Part shown: piece after piece, positions 57,060-64,000 of the stretch
How the letters are laid out: every line of letters starts with the position of its first letter
How positions within the stretch are numbered: the stretch's first letter is position 1
Virus record (IMG/VR): IMGVR_UViG_3300031920_000199
Length of the DNA stretch: 64,000 nucleotides
Direction: 5' to 3' (one strand)
DNA from: a virus
Made by a program: the position numbers and the translations under genes
The notes under the pieces: model-generated
Databases searched by the model: none
The model's input: only the letters and a program-made list of their open reading frames with translations
Told to the model about the DNA's origin: nothing

Positions 57060-57282
57060 ATTAAGAGTACATGTCAGTCCATTAACAAACACTATATTTG
57101 CTGGTAAGATATTAAAGGATGGATCCTGGGCTACTGGCAAATGTGATGTGACAATGGATTGCATCATGGCTGTGGTAGAGCATGCGTTAAAGTTTGGAAA
57201 GCCTGTTATTGTTTCTAAACTAGACGGAACACCAGAATTCAAAATAACAGTTGATCGGTTAGTCGAGAAAGGCAAAAAATGA
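57049..57282 (+). CDS. Hypothetical protein
   Basis: LRVHVSPLTNTIFAGKILKDG; start revised. Confidence 0.6.
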   Translation: MKNKLRVHVSPLTNTIFAGKILKDGSWATGKCDVTMDCIMAVVEHALKFGKPVIVSKLDGTPEFKITVDRLVEKGKK

Positions 57283-57620
57283 AAGTTAAAGTAGGAAGCG
57301 AAATTTATTTTGGAGAAATTGAGCCAGTTATGGCTATTTTGTCTGATAAGGATAAAGAGAATATCAAGAACATGGGAACTGAAGATACAAAGTATTGTTC
57401 ATTTCCAGATTCCATGAGGGGTGAAAGTTGTATCGACGAATTTATGAATACGGATAAGCCGCCTAAGCCACCGCTAAATCGATTTATTAGAGAATGCGAT
57501 ATTGGTAATTCTGTAGATGAGATGTGTCCATTTTGTGGTAGTTCCTTTAGGAGAACGTGGCACATTTTCAAGACAAATAAATGTGTAAATCCTGAGTGTA
57601 ATAATTTCTGGAATAGATGA
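57279..57620 (+). CDS. Hypothetical protein with C-terminal Zn ribbon
   Basis: CPFCG..CVNPEC. Confidence 0.6.
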   Translation: MKVKVGSEIYFGEIEPVMAILSDKDKENIKNMGTEDTKYCSFPDSMRGESCIDEFMNTDKPPKPPLNRFIRECDIGNSVDEMCPFCGSSFRRTWHIFKTNKCVNPECNNFWNR

Positions 57621-57627
57621 GAGGTAG

Positions 57628-57969
57628 ATGATGATGAGTAAGATCACAAATGTTATAATTTGGATATTCTGGATTGCTTACGCAATATTCACTATTTATG
57701 TTATATTGTTATTATATGAAGAACGTTCACAAAAAGCGCACAAGGAGACAGAGATGGGCGGATGTGAAACACATTGCAGAAAGTGTGAATTAATTGAGGC
57801 GAAAATTAAAAAGAGGCGTGGCGATGAAGATGATTATATTAACAGTGGTTTACGTAGCGTTGCAGATTTTAACAAAGGACGGCTTGACGCATACAAAGAG
57901 ATGCTGGAGTTTATCAGGGAGTATGTCCCGATCCCGTGTCACGAATGCGAGAAGGCCGAGGGTGAATGA
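57628..57969 (+). CDS. Hypothetical protein with N-terminal hydrophobic helix
   Basis: Operon ORF; may be two genes read through. Confidence 0.45.
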   Translation: MMMSKITNVIIWIFWIAYAIFTIYVILLLYEERSQKAHKETEMGGCETHCRKCELIEAKIKKRRGDEDDYINSGLRSVADFNKGRLDAYKEMLEFIREYVPIPCHECEKAEGE

Positions 57970-58169
57970 TGAATTGCAAATGCGAGAAATATAGAAACGA
58001 ATTACTTTCCGTTGTGGAAGCGCTTGATTTGTCAGGTGTTGCAATTTCTAAGCACGGCCCACTTGGTACACCGCCAAGCGAGTTGGTCAGATTAGTTTTA
58101 GAGCAAAAAGATTTGGAGATTGGCGCATTAAAACATGGGTTAAAAAAATTGACGAAAGATGGTGACTAA
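57966..58169 (+). CDS. Hypothetical protein
   Basis: Overlapping operon ORF. Confidence 0.55.
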   Translation: MMNCKCEKYRNELLSVVEALDLSGVAISKHGPLGTPPSELVRLVLEQKDLEIGALKHGLKKLTKDGD

Positions 58170-58474
58170 TGGGCGAGCTATGGGATGGGGCTGAATCTAT
58201 ACCGCACAAAGAGTATAAATCATGGATGATCTGGCAGAATGGATCGTACACAAACGGGTGTCCATGGATAGAGCTTATTGCGGTTTACACTGACGAAGAG
58301 GTAGCTAGGCGTGTTGCACGGGACATCCGTAAAATTGCCATGCCAGAATTCAATGCGATCCATAAAGGGATGATGATTCACAGTATCGAGGTTGAGCCAA
58401 GGGTTTTGAATCATCGGTATGCGTTAGGGTTTAGGGAAATGGAAGCTGGTATGAGAAAGAAAGGTGGTAAATAA
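58169..58474 (+). CDS. Hypothetical protein
   Basis: Overlapping operon ORF. Confidence 0.6.
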   Translation: MGELWDGAESIPHKEYKSWMIWQNGSYTNGCPWIELIAVYTDEEVARRVARDIRKIAMPEFNAIHKGMMIHSIEVEPRVLNHRYALGFREMEAGMRKKGGK

Positions 58475-58699
58475 ATGAAACTAATAATTTTAATTGTATG
58501 CACATCTATATTGATGTTAGATAAAGCTATATTCTTAACATTTCTTGTCTTGAAATTAACTGAGTACATAACCTGGTCGTGGTGGTGGATAACATCTCCT
58601 CTGTGGATTACTATATTGTCATCTATGTCTATTTTAATATTTCAAGCCACTAACAAGAAATCGAGAAAGATTCATTTAAGAGGAAAAAAAAGGAGATGA
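58475..58699 (+). CDS. Small membrane protein
   Basis: FLVLKLTEYITWSWWWITSPLW hydrophobic motif. Confidence 0.65.
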   Translation: MKLIILIVCTSILMLDKAIFLTFLVLKLTEYITWSWWWITSPLWITILSSMSILIFQATNKKSRKIHLRGKKRR

Positions 58700-58978
58700 A
58701 TGATGCACGAAAAACTACAAGAGTTTGCAAGGGGAGAATTAAAAAGATTACTGAATAAACTACCTGATAGTCAGCAGGATTTATTTATACGATGTTATTC
58801 AAAAGTACCCAGCTTAGATATTAATAAAGTTATTGATTCCATTGAAGATTTTAAGTTAGAATCTGCAATGAAGCTGGTGGAGCGATCCATAGTAAAATTC
58901 GAGCTTGATAATAATAACTTGTCAACACGGCAAGAGATAAATGTTGACAAACTTGTCAACACCAATTACGGAGATTGA
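58700..58978 (+). CDS. Hypothetical protein
   Basis: Operon ORF. Confidence 0.55.
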   Translation: MMHEKLQEFARGELKRLLNKLPDSQQDLFIRCYSKVPSLDINKVIDSIEDFKLESAMKLVERSIVKFELDNNNLSTRQEINVDKLVNTNYGD

Positions 58979-58979
58979 T

Positions 58980-59183
58980 ATGGATCTTAACAAAGAACAT
59001 ATCGCAATTTTAGACCACACTTTATACCGTGCTCCAGGTTCTAGATATTGCGGTGATAGTGACGAGATGCAAGAGCTATGCAAAGAAGGCCTGATGAAGT
59101 GCATAGGGAAGGTATCATTTTGCCCAGACAAATACTTTGGGATAACTCAGAATGGACGAAAAGCTTTAGAATCCTGCCAATAG
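58980..59183 (+). CDS. Small wHTH-like protein
   Basis: MQELCKEGLM..YFGITQNGRKAL. Confidence 0.5.
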   Translation: MDLNKEHIAILDHTLYRAPGSRYCGDSDEMQELCKEGLMKCIGKVSFCPDKYFGITQNGRKALESCQ

Positions 59184-59201
59184 GCATAGAGAGAGGTATT
59201 A

Positions 59202-59969
59202 ATGTTTGATAAAGAAAGAGCAGGAACAGGAACACGCGAATGGGCCGAGATCACATTTAATTGCTGTCGCGGATGTTCAAACAATTGCCTATACTGCTAT
59301 GCGGCTCATAATGCTGACCGATTCAAGCAGAAGCTTCGGGAGGACTGGCAAAACGAAGAGTTTACAAAGAATGCGGATATCAAGTCATACCCTGCAAGGG
59401 ATGGTATTATAATGTTCCCAAGCAGTCATGACATAACTCCTTTCAATGTTGACCAGTACATCCGTATTGCAAAGTTGATGCTAGAGAAAGGTAATCATCT
59501 ATTGATTGTATCGAAGCCACGGATGGAGTGCATCGCAAAAGTTATGGTAGGATTAGAACGATGGAAAAGTCAGATACTATTCAGGTTCACAATTGGAACA
59601 ATAGTCGAAAGCAAATCCCTCTTCTGGGAGCCAGGAGCACCATTGCCAGAAGAGAGACTTGACTGTCTAGAGATTGCCTTTAAGGATGGCTTCGCTACAT
59701 CAGTATCAAGTGAGCCAATGTTAGCAGGAAGATACGGCGCAACAGAAGTGGTTAATACTGTTTTTCCTATGGTCACAGAATCAATTTGGATAGGAAAAAT
59801 GAACAAAGCCCTGCTAAGAGTTGACAAGGTTTTCAAGCCGTACGTTGATGAGATCATGAATTTACAAAGTGACTCTGAAATCTTATTAATGCATGATGAT
59901 CTCAAGGACAACCCAAAGATCAGATGGAAAGATAGCATAAAAATGGTTATCAATAAGGAGAAGACATGA
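59202..59969 (+). CDS. Radical SAM protein
   Basis: CSNNCLYC (CxxxCxxC); FWEPGAP..ERL..L; TSVSSEPML. Confidence 0.88.
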   Translation: MFDKERAGTGTREWAEITFNCCRGCSNNCLYCYAAHNADRFKQKLREDWQNEEFTKNADIKSYPARDGIIMFPSSHDITPFNVDQYIRIAKLMLEKGNHLLIVSKPRMECIAKVMVGLERWKSQILFRFTIGTIVESKSLFWEPGAPLPEERLDCLEIAFKDGFATSVSSEPMLAGRYGATEVVNTVFPMVTESIWIGKMNKALLRVDKVFKPYVDEIMNLQSDSEILLMHDDLKDNPKIRWKDSIKMVINKEKT

Positions 59970-60178
59970 AAGTAAGTGAAGGTCAAAGACTTAAGGTGAA
60001 CCACTCCAGATCAGGCAAATGGGAAGGGGTGGCGACTAAGGATTTCGATACAGAAGAAGAATTTTATCCAATTAAATTGGATCAAGACGAACCAGTTCAT
60101 GGAATGTCGACTGCCTGGATACGCGGAGATAATATGCCTTGCAGGGATATCTTCTGCAAGTTATCGTTTATTGAATAG
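59966..60178 (+). CDS. Small SH3-like hypothetical protein
   Basis: Beta-rich, 70 aa; ATGA overlap. Confidence 0.55.
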   Translation: MKVSEGQRLKVNHSRSGKWEGVATKDFDTEEEFYPIKLDQDEPVHGMSTAWIRGDNMPCRDIFCKLSFIE

Positions 60179-60221
60179 GAAGCATAACAATGGTTGACTA
60201 AACCATAAGGAGATTTCGAAC

Positions 60222-60593
60222 ATGGCAATTGCGCAAGAAATAATTGCGGACATAACGAAGTTCATGCTTAATGCAGACGATGAAAGAAGAAAAGATTGGG
60301 AAGGATGCGCTGCATGCTTTCATGACGAACTAGTTGCGTACCTCACAGTAAAATACGAATCAGATGCAGAGAGTAAAGATCTGATCGATCCAATTAAGAG
60401 CCAAATGATTGACGTAGAAAAGATAAGAACTGCGGTTGCAGACTATATGCAGACAGAAGGATGTAGTTGCTGCAGAGGTGTTGATCACGAAAAGAACCAA
60501 GGTGTCATAGGTGAGATGCTTGGTGTTGAAAGGTATGATGATGATAGCGGTTGGAACTTCTCGATATACAAAACAGATAAAGACCCGATATAA
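60222..60593 (+). CDS. Hypothetical protein
   Basis: AGGAG RBS; may be two fused small genes. Confidence 0.55.
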   Translation: MAIAQEIIADITKFMLNADDERRKDWEGCAACFHDELVAYLTVKYESDAESKDLIDPIKSQMIDVEKIRTAVADYMQTEGCSCCRGVDHEKNQGVIGEMLGVERYDDDSGWNFSIYKTDKDPI

Positions 60594-60609
60594 AAAATGT
60601 TATAAATTC

Positions 60610-60618
60610 TGGTATAAT
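60610..60618 (+). promoter_or_regulatory. Extended -10 promoter TGGTATAAT
   Basis: Recurrent motif. Confidence 0.7.
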
Positions 60619-60671
60619 AATAATAAGAACCAAATATTAATCTCAATCTTAACCTTTTTCAGGAGTAAGTT

Positions 60672-61418
60672 ATGGCAAGTAATGTGAAGTTGAATCAGAT
60701 AGTATCAGTAGAAAAAGGAGTGAAGTCCCGTCATCACTCCATGATATCGAAGTTGCATCATGCATCGGGTCATGATCAGTTGTTTAATGGTCTCAACAAG
60801 AATTACCAGCCTCTCGATGAGGATGGTCACAAACTCCCCGAAGAATCAGTCGTTGTTCAGTGTTGCTGTGAAAGATCGATCGAGATGTTCAACGCATCGA
60901 TATGCGAACTATTGGACACAGTTTCCACGAAAGACTTTGGAAACGCCAATGCAGTAGCAGACATTGTCCTTGAGGACGGAACGATAGTACTCAAAGCTGT
61001 TCCACCGACATTCCTGCTGTTCCTCGAAAAAGAGCTGAATAACATCAGTACATTTATCGAGGAGCTTCCTACTCTTGATCCCGCAGAAGAGTGGTCAAAA
61101 GATGAGGGATCTGGGTTGTTCAAGTCGAAGGAACGTCAGACCCAAAAGACCAAAAAGATAGAGAAACCCGTAACCCTTTACGAAGCAACAAAGGAGCATC
61201 CCGCTCAGACACAGCTCGTCACGTCTGATGAGCTAATCGGGTACTGGTACCAGATAAAGATGAGCGGTGCAATGCCGAAGACAAAAAAGAAAGAGCTTCT
61301 GGACAAGACAGCTGGAATGCTAAGAGCTGTCAAGTTCGCCAGAGAAGCGGCGAACAATACTGAGATCGAACGGAAAAGTAAAATAGGCGAGAGTGTGCTG
61401 AAGCACATTTTCGGATAA
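60672..61418 (+). CDS. Conserved uncharacterised protein (family recalled as DUF7873, unverified)
   Basis: KLNQIVSVEKGVKS..YQPLDEDG..LPEES..FLLFLEK..LPTLDP..ATKEHPAQ..KFARE.AN; resembles a widespread actinobacterial/phage family. Confidence 0.75.
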   Translation: MASNVKLNQIVSVEKGVKSRHHSMISKLHHASGHDQLFNGLNKNYQPLDEDGHKLPEESVVVQCCCERSIEMFNASICELLDTVSTKDFGNANAVADIVLEDGTIVLKAVPPTFLLFLEKELNNISTFIEELPTLDPAEEWSKDEGSGLFKSKERQTQKTKKIEKPVTLYEATKEHPAQTQLVTSDELIGYWYQIKMSGAMPKTKKKELLDKTAGMLRAVKFAREAANNTEIERKSKIGESVLKHIFG

Positions 61419-61422
61419 GATT

Positions 61423-61564
61423 CAGGGCAAGCTGATACTCAAACTTAGACTGAATAGAGTTGTCGTTGCAGGTTCGAATCCTGCCTCCCGCACTATATGT
61501 GGGAGTGGCGGAACTGGCATACGCGCCTTAAATGGTGACAACATCAACTTCAGACTATTCCCTG
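61423..61564 (+). ncRNA. Y RNA (YrlA)-like RNA 1 with circularly permuted tRNA-like domain
   Basis: T-arm GCAGG-TTCGAAT-CCTGC (61468-84), acceptor CTCCCGC/GTGGGAG closed by loop ACTATAT, then D-arm-like TGGCGGAACTGGCATACGC; closing stem GTTGTC/GACAAC; ends CAGGG/CCCTG. Confidence 0.72.
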
Positions 61565-61577
61565 AAAACTCAGCATT

Positions 61578-61733
61578 AGTTGCGTCATTCTCTCGATCGC
61601 CAGTATTCATCTTGACCGAGATGAGGGTTCAAATCCCTTCACCCCCTCTATATGGGGATGTAGTCCAACGGTAGGACGCGGTCACTCAGAGCTAAGAGCT
61701 GGCTACAACGTCGTGAATGACTTAAATGCAACT
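61578..61733 (+). ncRNA. Y RNA (YrlA)-like RNA 2 with circularly permuted tRNA-like domain
   Basis: T-arm GAGGG-TTCAAAT-CCCTT, acceptor CACCCCC/GGGGATG closed by TCTATAT, D-arm GTCC-AACGGTA-GGAC; stems TGACCG/CGGTCA, GCCAG/CTGGC, GTCATTC/GAATGAC, AGTTGC/GCAACT. Confidence 0.75.
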
Positions 61734-61797
61734 GTCGATGAAATTCCTAGCGTTTCACTTCTAATGAAAAGTTGCTAGGGCTTTTCTATTGACGCCT

Positions 61798-61838
61798 GAG
61801 TAGGGGGAGAAGGATACTCTCCCCCTGCTCCTTTTTTT
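61798..61838 (+). terminator. Intrinsic terminator
   Basis: GAGTAGGGGGAGA-AGGATAC-TCTCCCCCTGCTC then C and T7. Confidence 0.9.
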
Positions 61839-61936
61839 AGAAGGTAGGTTTGTATTGAAAACAATATTCTGAAGGAAATCGAATCATACGGAAGGAAAAA
61901 AGAATGAGTTTTGCTGGTATGGAAAGTGAGGAATAG

Positions 61937-62116
61937 ATGAAGAAAACATTAGCCTTCATAAGGAAACATTGTTTTAAGGCTATACCACTCGAACAAGATA
62001 GTTATTTATACGTATGTACATTTTGCGAAAAGAAAGATTGGCTAATCGATGATATTAAACACAAGAGAACATGCGATGTTGGCAAAGTTCTGAAGGAAAT
62101 TAAATCATGCGTATGA
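61937..62116 (+). CDS. Small Cys/His protein (59 aa)
   Basis: Hand-found; CTFC..HKRTC. Confidence 0.5.
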   Translation: MKKTLAFIRKHCFKAIPLEQDSYLYVCTFCEKKDWLIDDIKHKRTCDVGKVLKEIKSCV

Positions 62117-62571
62117 CAAAGAGGCTAAAGGCAGCAATGAAGCAATACTTTTACAACCGCAGGAATAAGAACCAGACAGAGGTCGACAGAGCTTGCGACA
62201 TTGATTATATCATTGATGCATTGCCAGGGAGTTGTATTTGCTTTGACGATGCAGACGATGTCCTCTACCTATCATGGATGAAGAGCAAAGAAGATGGAGG
62301 TGGAATGAGCCTACTTGGTAATTGTATTGTAACAATGCACTCATCCAGGAACTACTGGAAGATGGTTGTATGCGATAATCCACCCAATGAGGAAGTTGGG
62401 ATTACATGTAAATACTCAGGAGATGAGTCAGATGATTTCTGGAAAAAAATAAACTCGATTGATGATAACGATCGTCAGGCCGCATATGCAATGGGATCTA
62501 TGCTACGGGACCTCGAGGTTAAAGTTCTGATGTTCATCAACGAAAGGATAAAGGAGGTAAGCCATGACTGA
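62107..62571 (+). CDS. Hypothetical protein
   Basis: 154 aa ORF. Confidence 0.55.
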   Translation: MRMTKRLKAAMKQYFYNRRNKNQTEVDRACDIDYIIDALPGSCICFDDADDVLYLSWMKSKEDGGGMSLLGNCIVTMHSSRNYWKMVVCDNPPNEEVGITCKYSGDESDDFWKKINSIDDNDRQAAYAMGSMLRDLEVKVLMFINERIKEVSHD

Positions 62572-62788
62572 GTTCTGGGGCAGGGAGGCATGCCCAAAAT
62601 GCAACGTTATCAACTGGTATCATCTTGGTAATTCTGACGCTGATGGAACGAAACAGGATTACGATGGCGCAGAGTGTTGGTCATGTAATCATAAATGGCT
62701 ATTCCCAGAGCCATATGATGATGATTTAAAACCTGAAGATGCACATTTAACTGAAGGACAAAAAAAGGAGGACATACATGAAGTCTAG
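62564..62788 (+). CDS. Small Zn-ribbon protein
   Basis: CPKC..CWSC; GGAGG RBS. Confidence 0.65.
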   Translation: MTEFWGREACPKCNVINWYHLGNSDADGTKQDYDGAECWSCNHKWLFPEPYDDDLKPEDAHLTEGQKKEDIHEV

Positions 62789-62953
62789 CGTAGAGGAAGT
62801 AATTTCGATGGAATGCGATAATTGCAAGGAGCCTTTAGGACTATGCGATGGTTGTGACGATATTTTGCACATTGGCGATTTTGTTTCGTGTGAGGATGAC
62901 TATCACTATTGTGAGAATTGCTATAATCGCAACAAGAAAAAGGAGATAAAAAA

Positions 62954-63133
62954 ATGAGCCACTTAACTGACAATAGCCCCATGCCTTTCGGCAAACACAA
63001 AGGGGTGAAGATGGAAGATGTGCCAGCAAAGTATCTTGACTGGCTGGATGGAGAGGGGATTAAGGGTCCTGTAAAAGATTACATAGACAGCGTTAGAGAA
63101 ATTCTAAATGCGGAGATGGAAGATGATAATTGA
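62954..63133 (+). CDS. DUF3820/ExoX C-terminal-like small protein
   Basis: Hand-found; MPFGKHKGVKMEDVPAKYLDWL. Confidence 0.7.
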   Translation: MSHLTDNSPMPFGKHKGVKMEDVPAKYLDWLDGEGIKGPVKDYIDSVREILNAEMEDDN

Positions 63134-63419
63134 GACTGTCTACGAGATGAGAAGGCGACCTGGTATTATTCCAGTAGCTCTCTGGACGTCTGGCGGGATA
63201 TATATTTTTGATATGGCAGGTGGTATACACATCGCTATTCGCAAAGAGGACTTTGCCGAATGGCATAACCATTTCATGTCTAGGTGCATATATAAGATGA
63301 ATAATGTTAAAAGCCTTGTGTATCAGACAAGATTTCTTTTGATTGAAGAAAGCGCTATGTCGCGTGTAAAATCGATCAAATTCATGAAGAGCATTTATGA
63401 AGATTGGAGTAAGATATGA
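63123..63419 (+). CDS. Hypothetical protein
   Basis: Start revised to ATG 63123. Confidence 0.5.
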   Translation: MIIETVYEMRRRPGIIPVALWTSGGIYIFDMAGGIHIAIRKEDFAEWHNHFMSRCIYKMNNVKSLVYQTRFLLIEESAMSRVKSIKFMKSIYEDWSKI

Positions 63420-64000
63420 AAGACGATAAGACTGATAAAATAACATCAGACCATGTTTATAAAGCAATAAAGGATAAGTTCAGTGACCCACAGAGATACG
63501 CTACTATGTCTGAGGTCAACTGCGGTACTGGGTATGCTGGAAAGTCATGGATAGACGCCCTTGTGATAAGTCTATGGCCATCAGATGGTCTTCACAGAAT
63601 GGCGTTTGAAATAAAAGTAAGCAGGGCTGACTTCCTTTCCGAGATGAAGAAGCATGCAAAGAATGAGTTCTTTAGGGAGCACTGCCATGAGTTCTGGTAT
63701 GCAACAGCCAAGGGCGTTGTGAAGAGTGATGACGAGATCCCAGAGGGTTGCGGCTGGATGTGTATGCGTGGGAAGAATCAGCTCGTCATACAGAAGCAAG
63801 CACAGAGGAAAGCAGATGTCCTGAATGACGACCTATTCATCGCATCTATCGCAAGATCATGCTTCAACGCCCAGGGTAACCAGAGAGAGATACTAGAGAA
63901 TGAGATAATGAATAGTCCTAATTTTAAGTCGAAGAAAGCAGTGTGCGAAGCTGTAAGATCATTTATTAAATCAAGGGGTGGTGGATACTGGAACTCCTTC
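63416..64000 (+). CDS. MmcB-like PD-(D/E)xK nuclease-fold protein, partial
   Basis: Hand-translated: WIDALVISLWPS..AFEIKVSRADFLSE..CHEFWYA..EIPEGCGW; runs off the right edge. Confidence 0.75.
   Translation, partial: MKDDKTDKITSDHVYKAIKDKFSDPQRYATMSEVNCGTGYAGKSWIDALVISLWPSDGLHRMAFEIKVSRADFLSEMKKHAKNEFFREHCHEFWYATAKGVVKSDDEIPEGCGWMCMRGKNQLVIQKQAQRKADVLNDDLFIASIARSCFNAQGNQREILENEIMNSPNFKSKKAVCEAVRSFIKSRGGGYWNSF

Noticed and set aside
61422-61610. Minus-strand 62-aa ORF
   Set aside because: Antisense to the structured RNAs, no RBS or promoter; REAGFEPAT is the usual antisense translation of a tRNA T-arm
61468-61677. Canonical tRNA genes
   Set aside because: The T-arm precedes the D-arm, the acceptor stem is closed by a loop, and there is no anticodon loop or CCA end
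61423-61733. Two-piece (permuted) tmRNA
   Set aside because: Two tRNA-like domains in tandem, no CCA, no G3-U70 alanine identity evident and no clear tag ORF; Y RNA-like layout fits better
1-64000. Stop-codon reassignment (alternative genetic code)
   Set aside because: Long genes are intact in code 11, and TAA, TGA and TAG all appear as terminal stops

Overview
This window is a segment of a large tailed dsDNA phage genome with a contractile (myovirus-type) tail; the host cannot be determined from the sequence. There are four strand blocks. (1) 1-14.3 kb, minus: baseplate genes, an embedded sigma-70-family sigma factor, tape measure, and a tail chaperone pair with a -1 frameshift site. (2) 14.4-29.5 kb, plus: DNA-metabolism and accessory genes (DEDDh exonuclease, SMC/Rad50-like ATPase, intein-containing UvrD helicase, RusA, HNH). 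(3) 29.6-45.1 kb, minus: tail tube, sheath, neck, major capsid, scaffold-like proteins, prohead protease and many small K-x-A-motif proteins. (4) 45.2-64 kb, plus: non-coding RNA elements, a replication initiator and loader, radical SAM, MazG-like and MmcB-like genes, and many small Cys-rich ORFs. The most striking element is the 1.4-kb ORF-free interval at 45.33-46.70 kb. It is an array of 11 units of about 124 nt, conserved in structure but not in sequence: GGAT..TCGA leader, 7-bp stem with G-NTA-C triloop, variable linker, second hairpin. It has its own candidate promoter and matches no CRISPR or other array type I recognise. Second is a tandem pair of circularly permuted tRNA-like RNAs (Y RNA/YrlA-like) at 61.42-61.73 kb with no Ro60 gene in the window. 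Protein calls rest on motifs read by eye and on gene order; no database searches were run, and domain names are recalled rather than verified.
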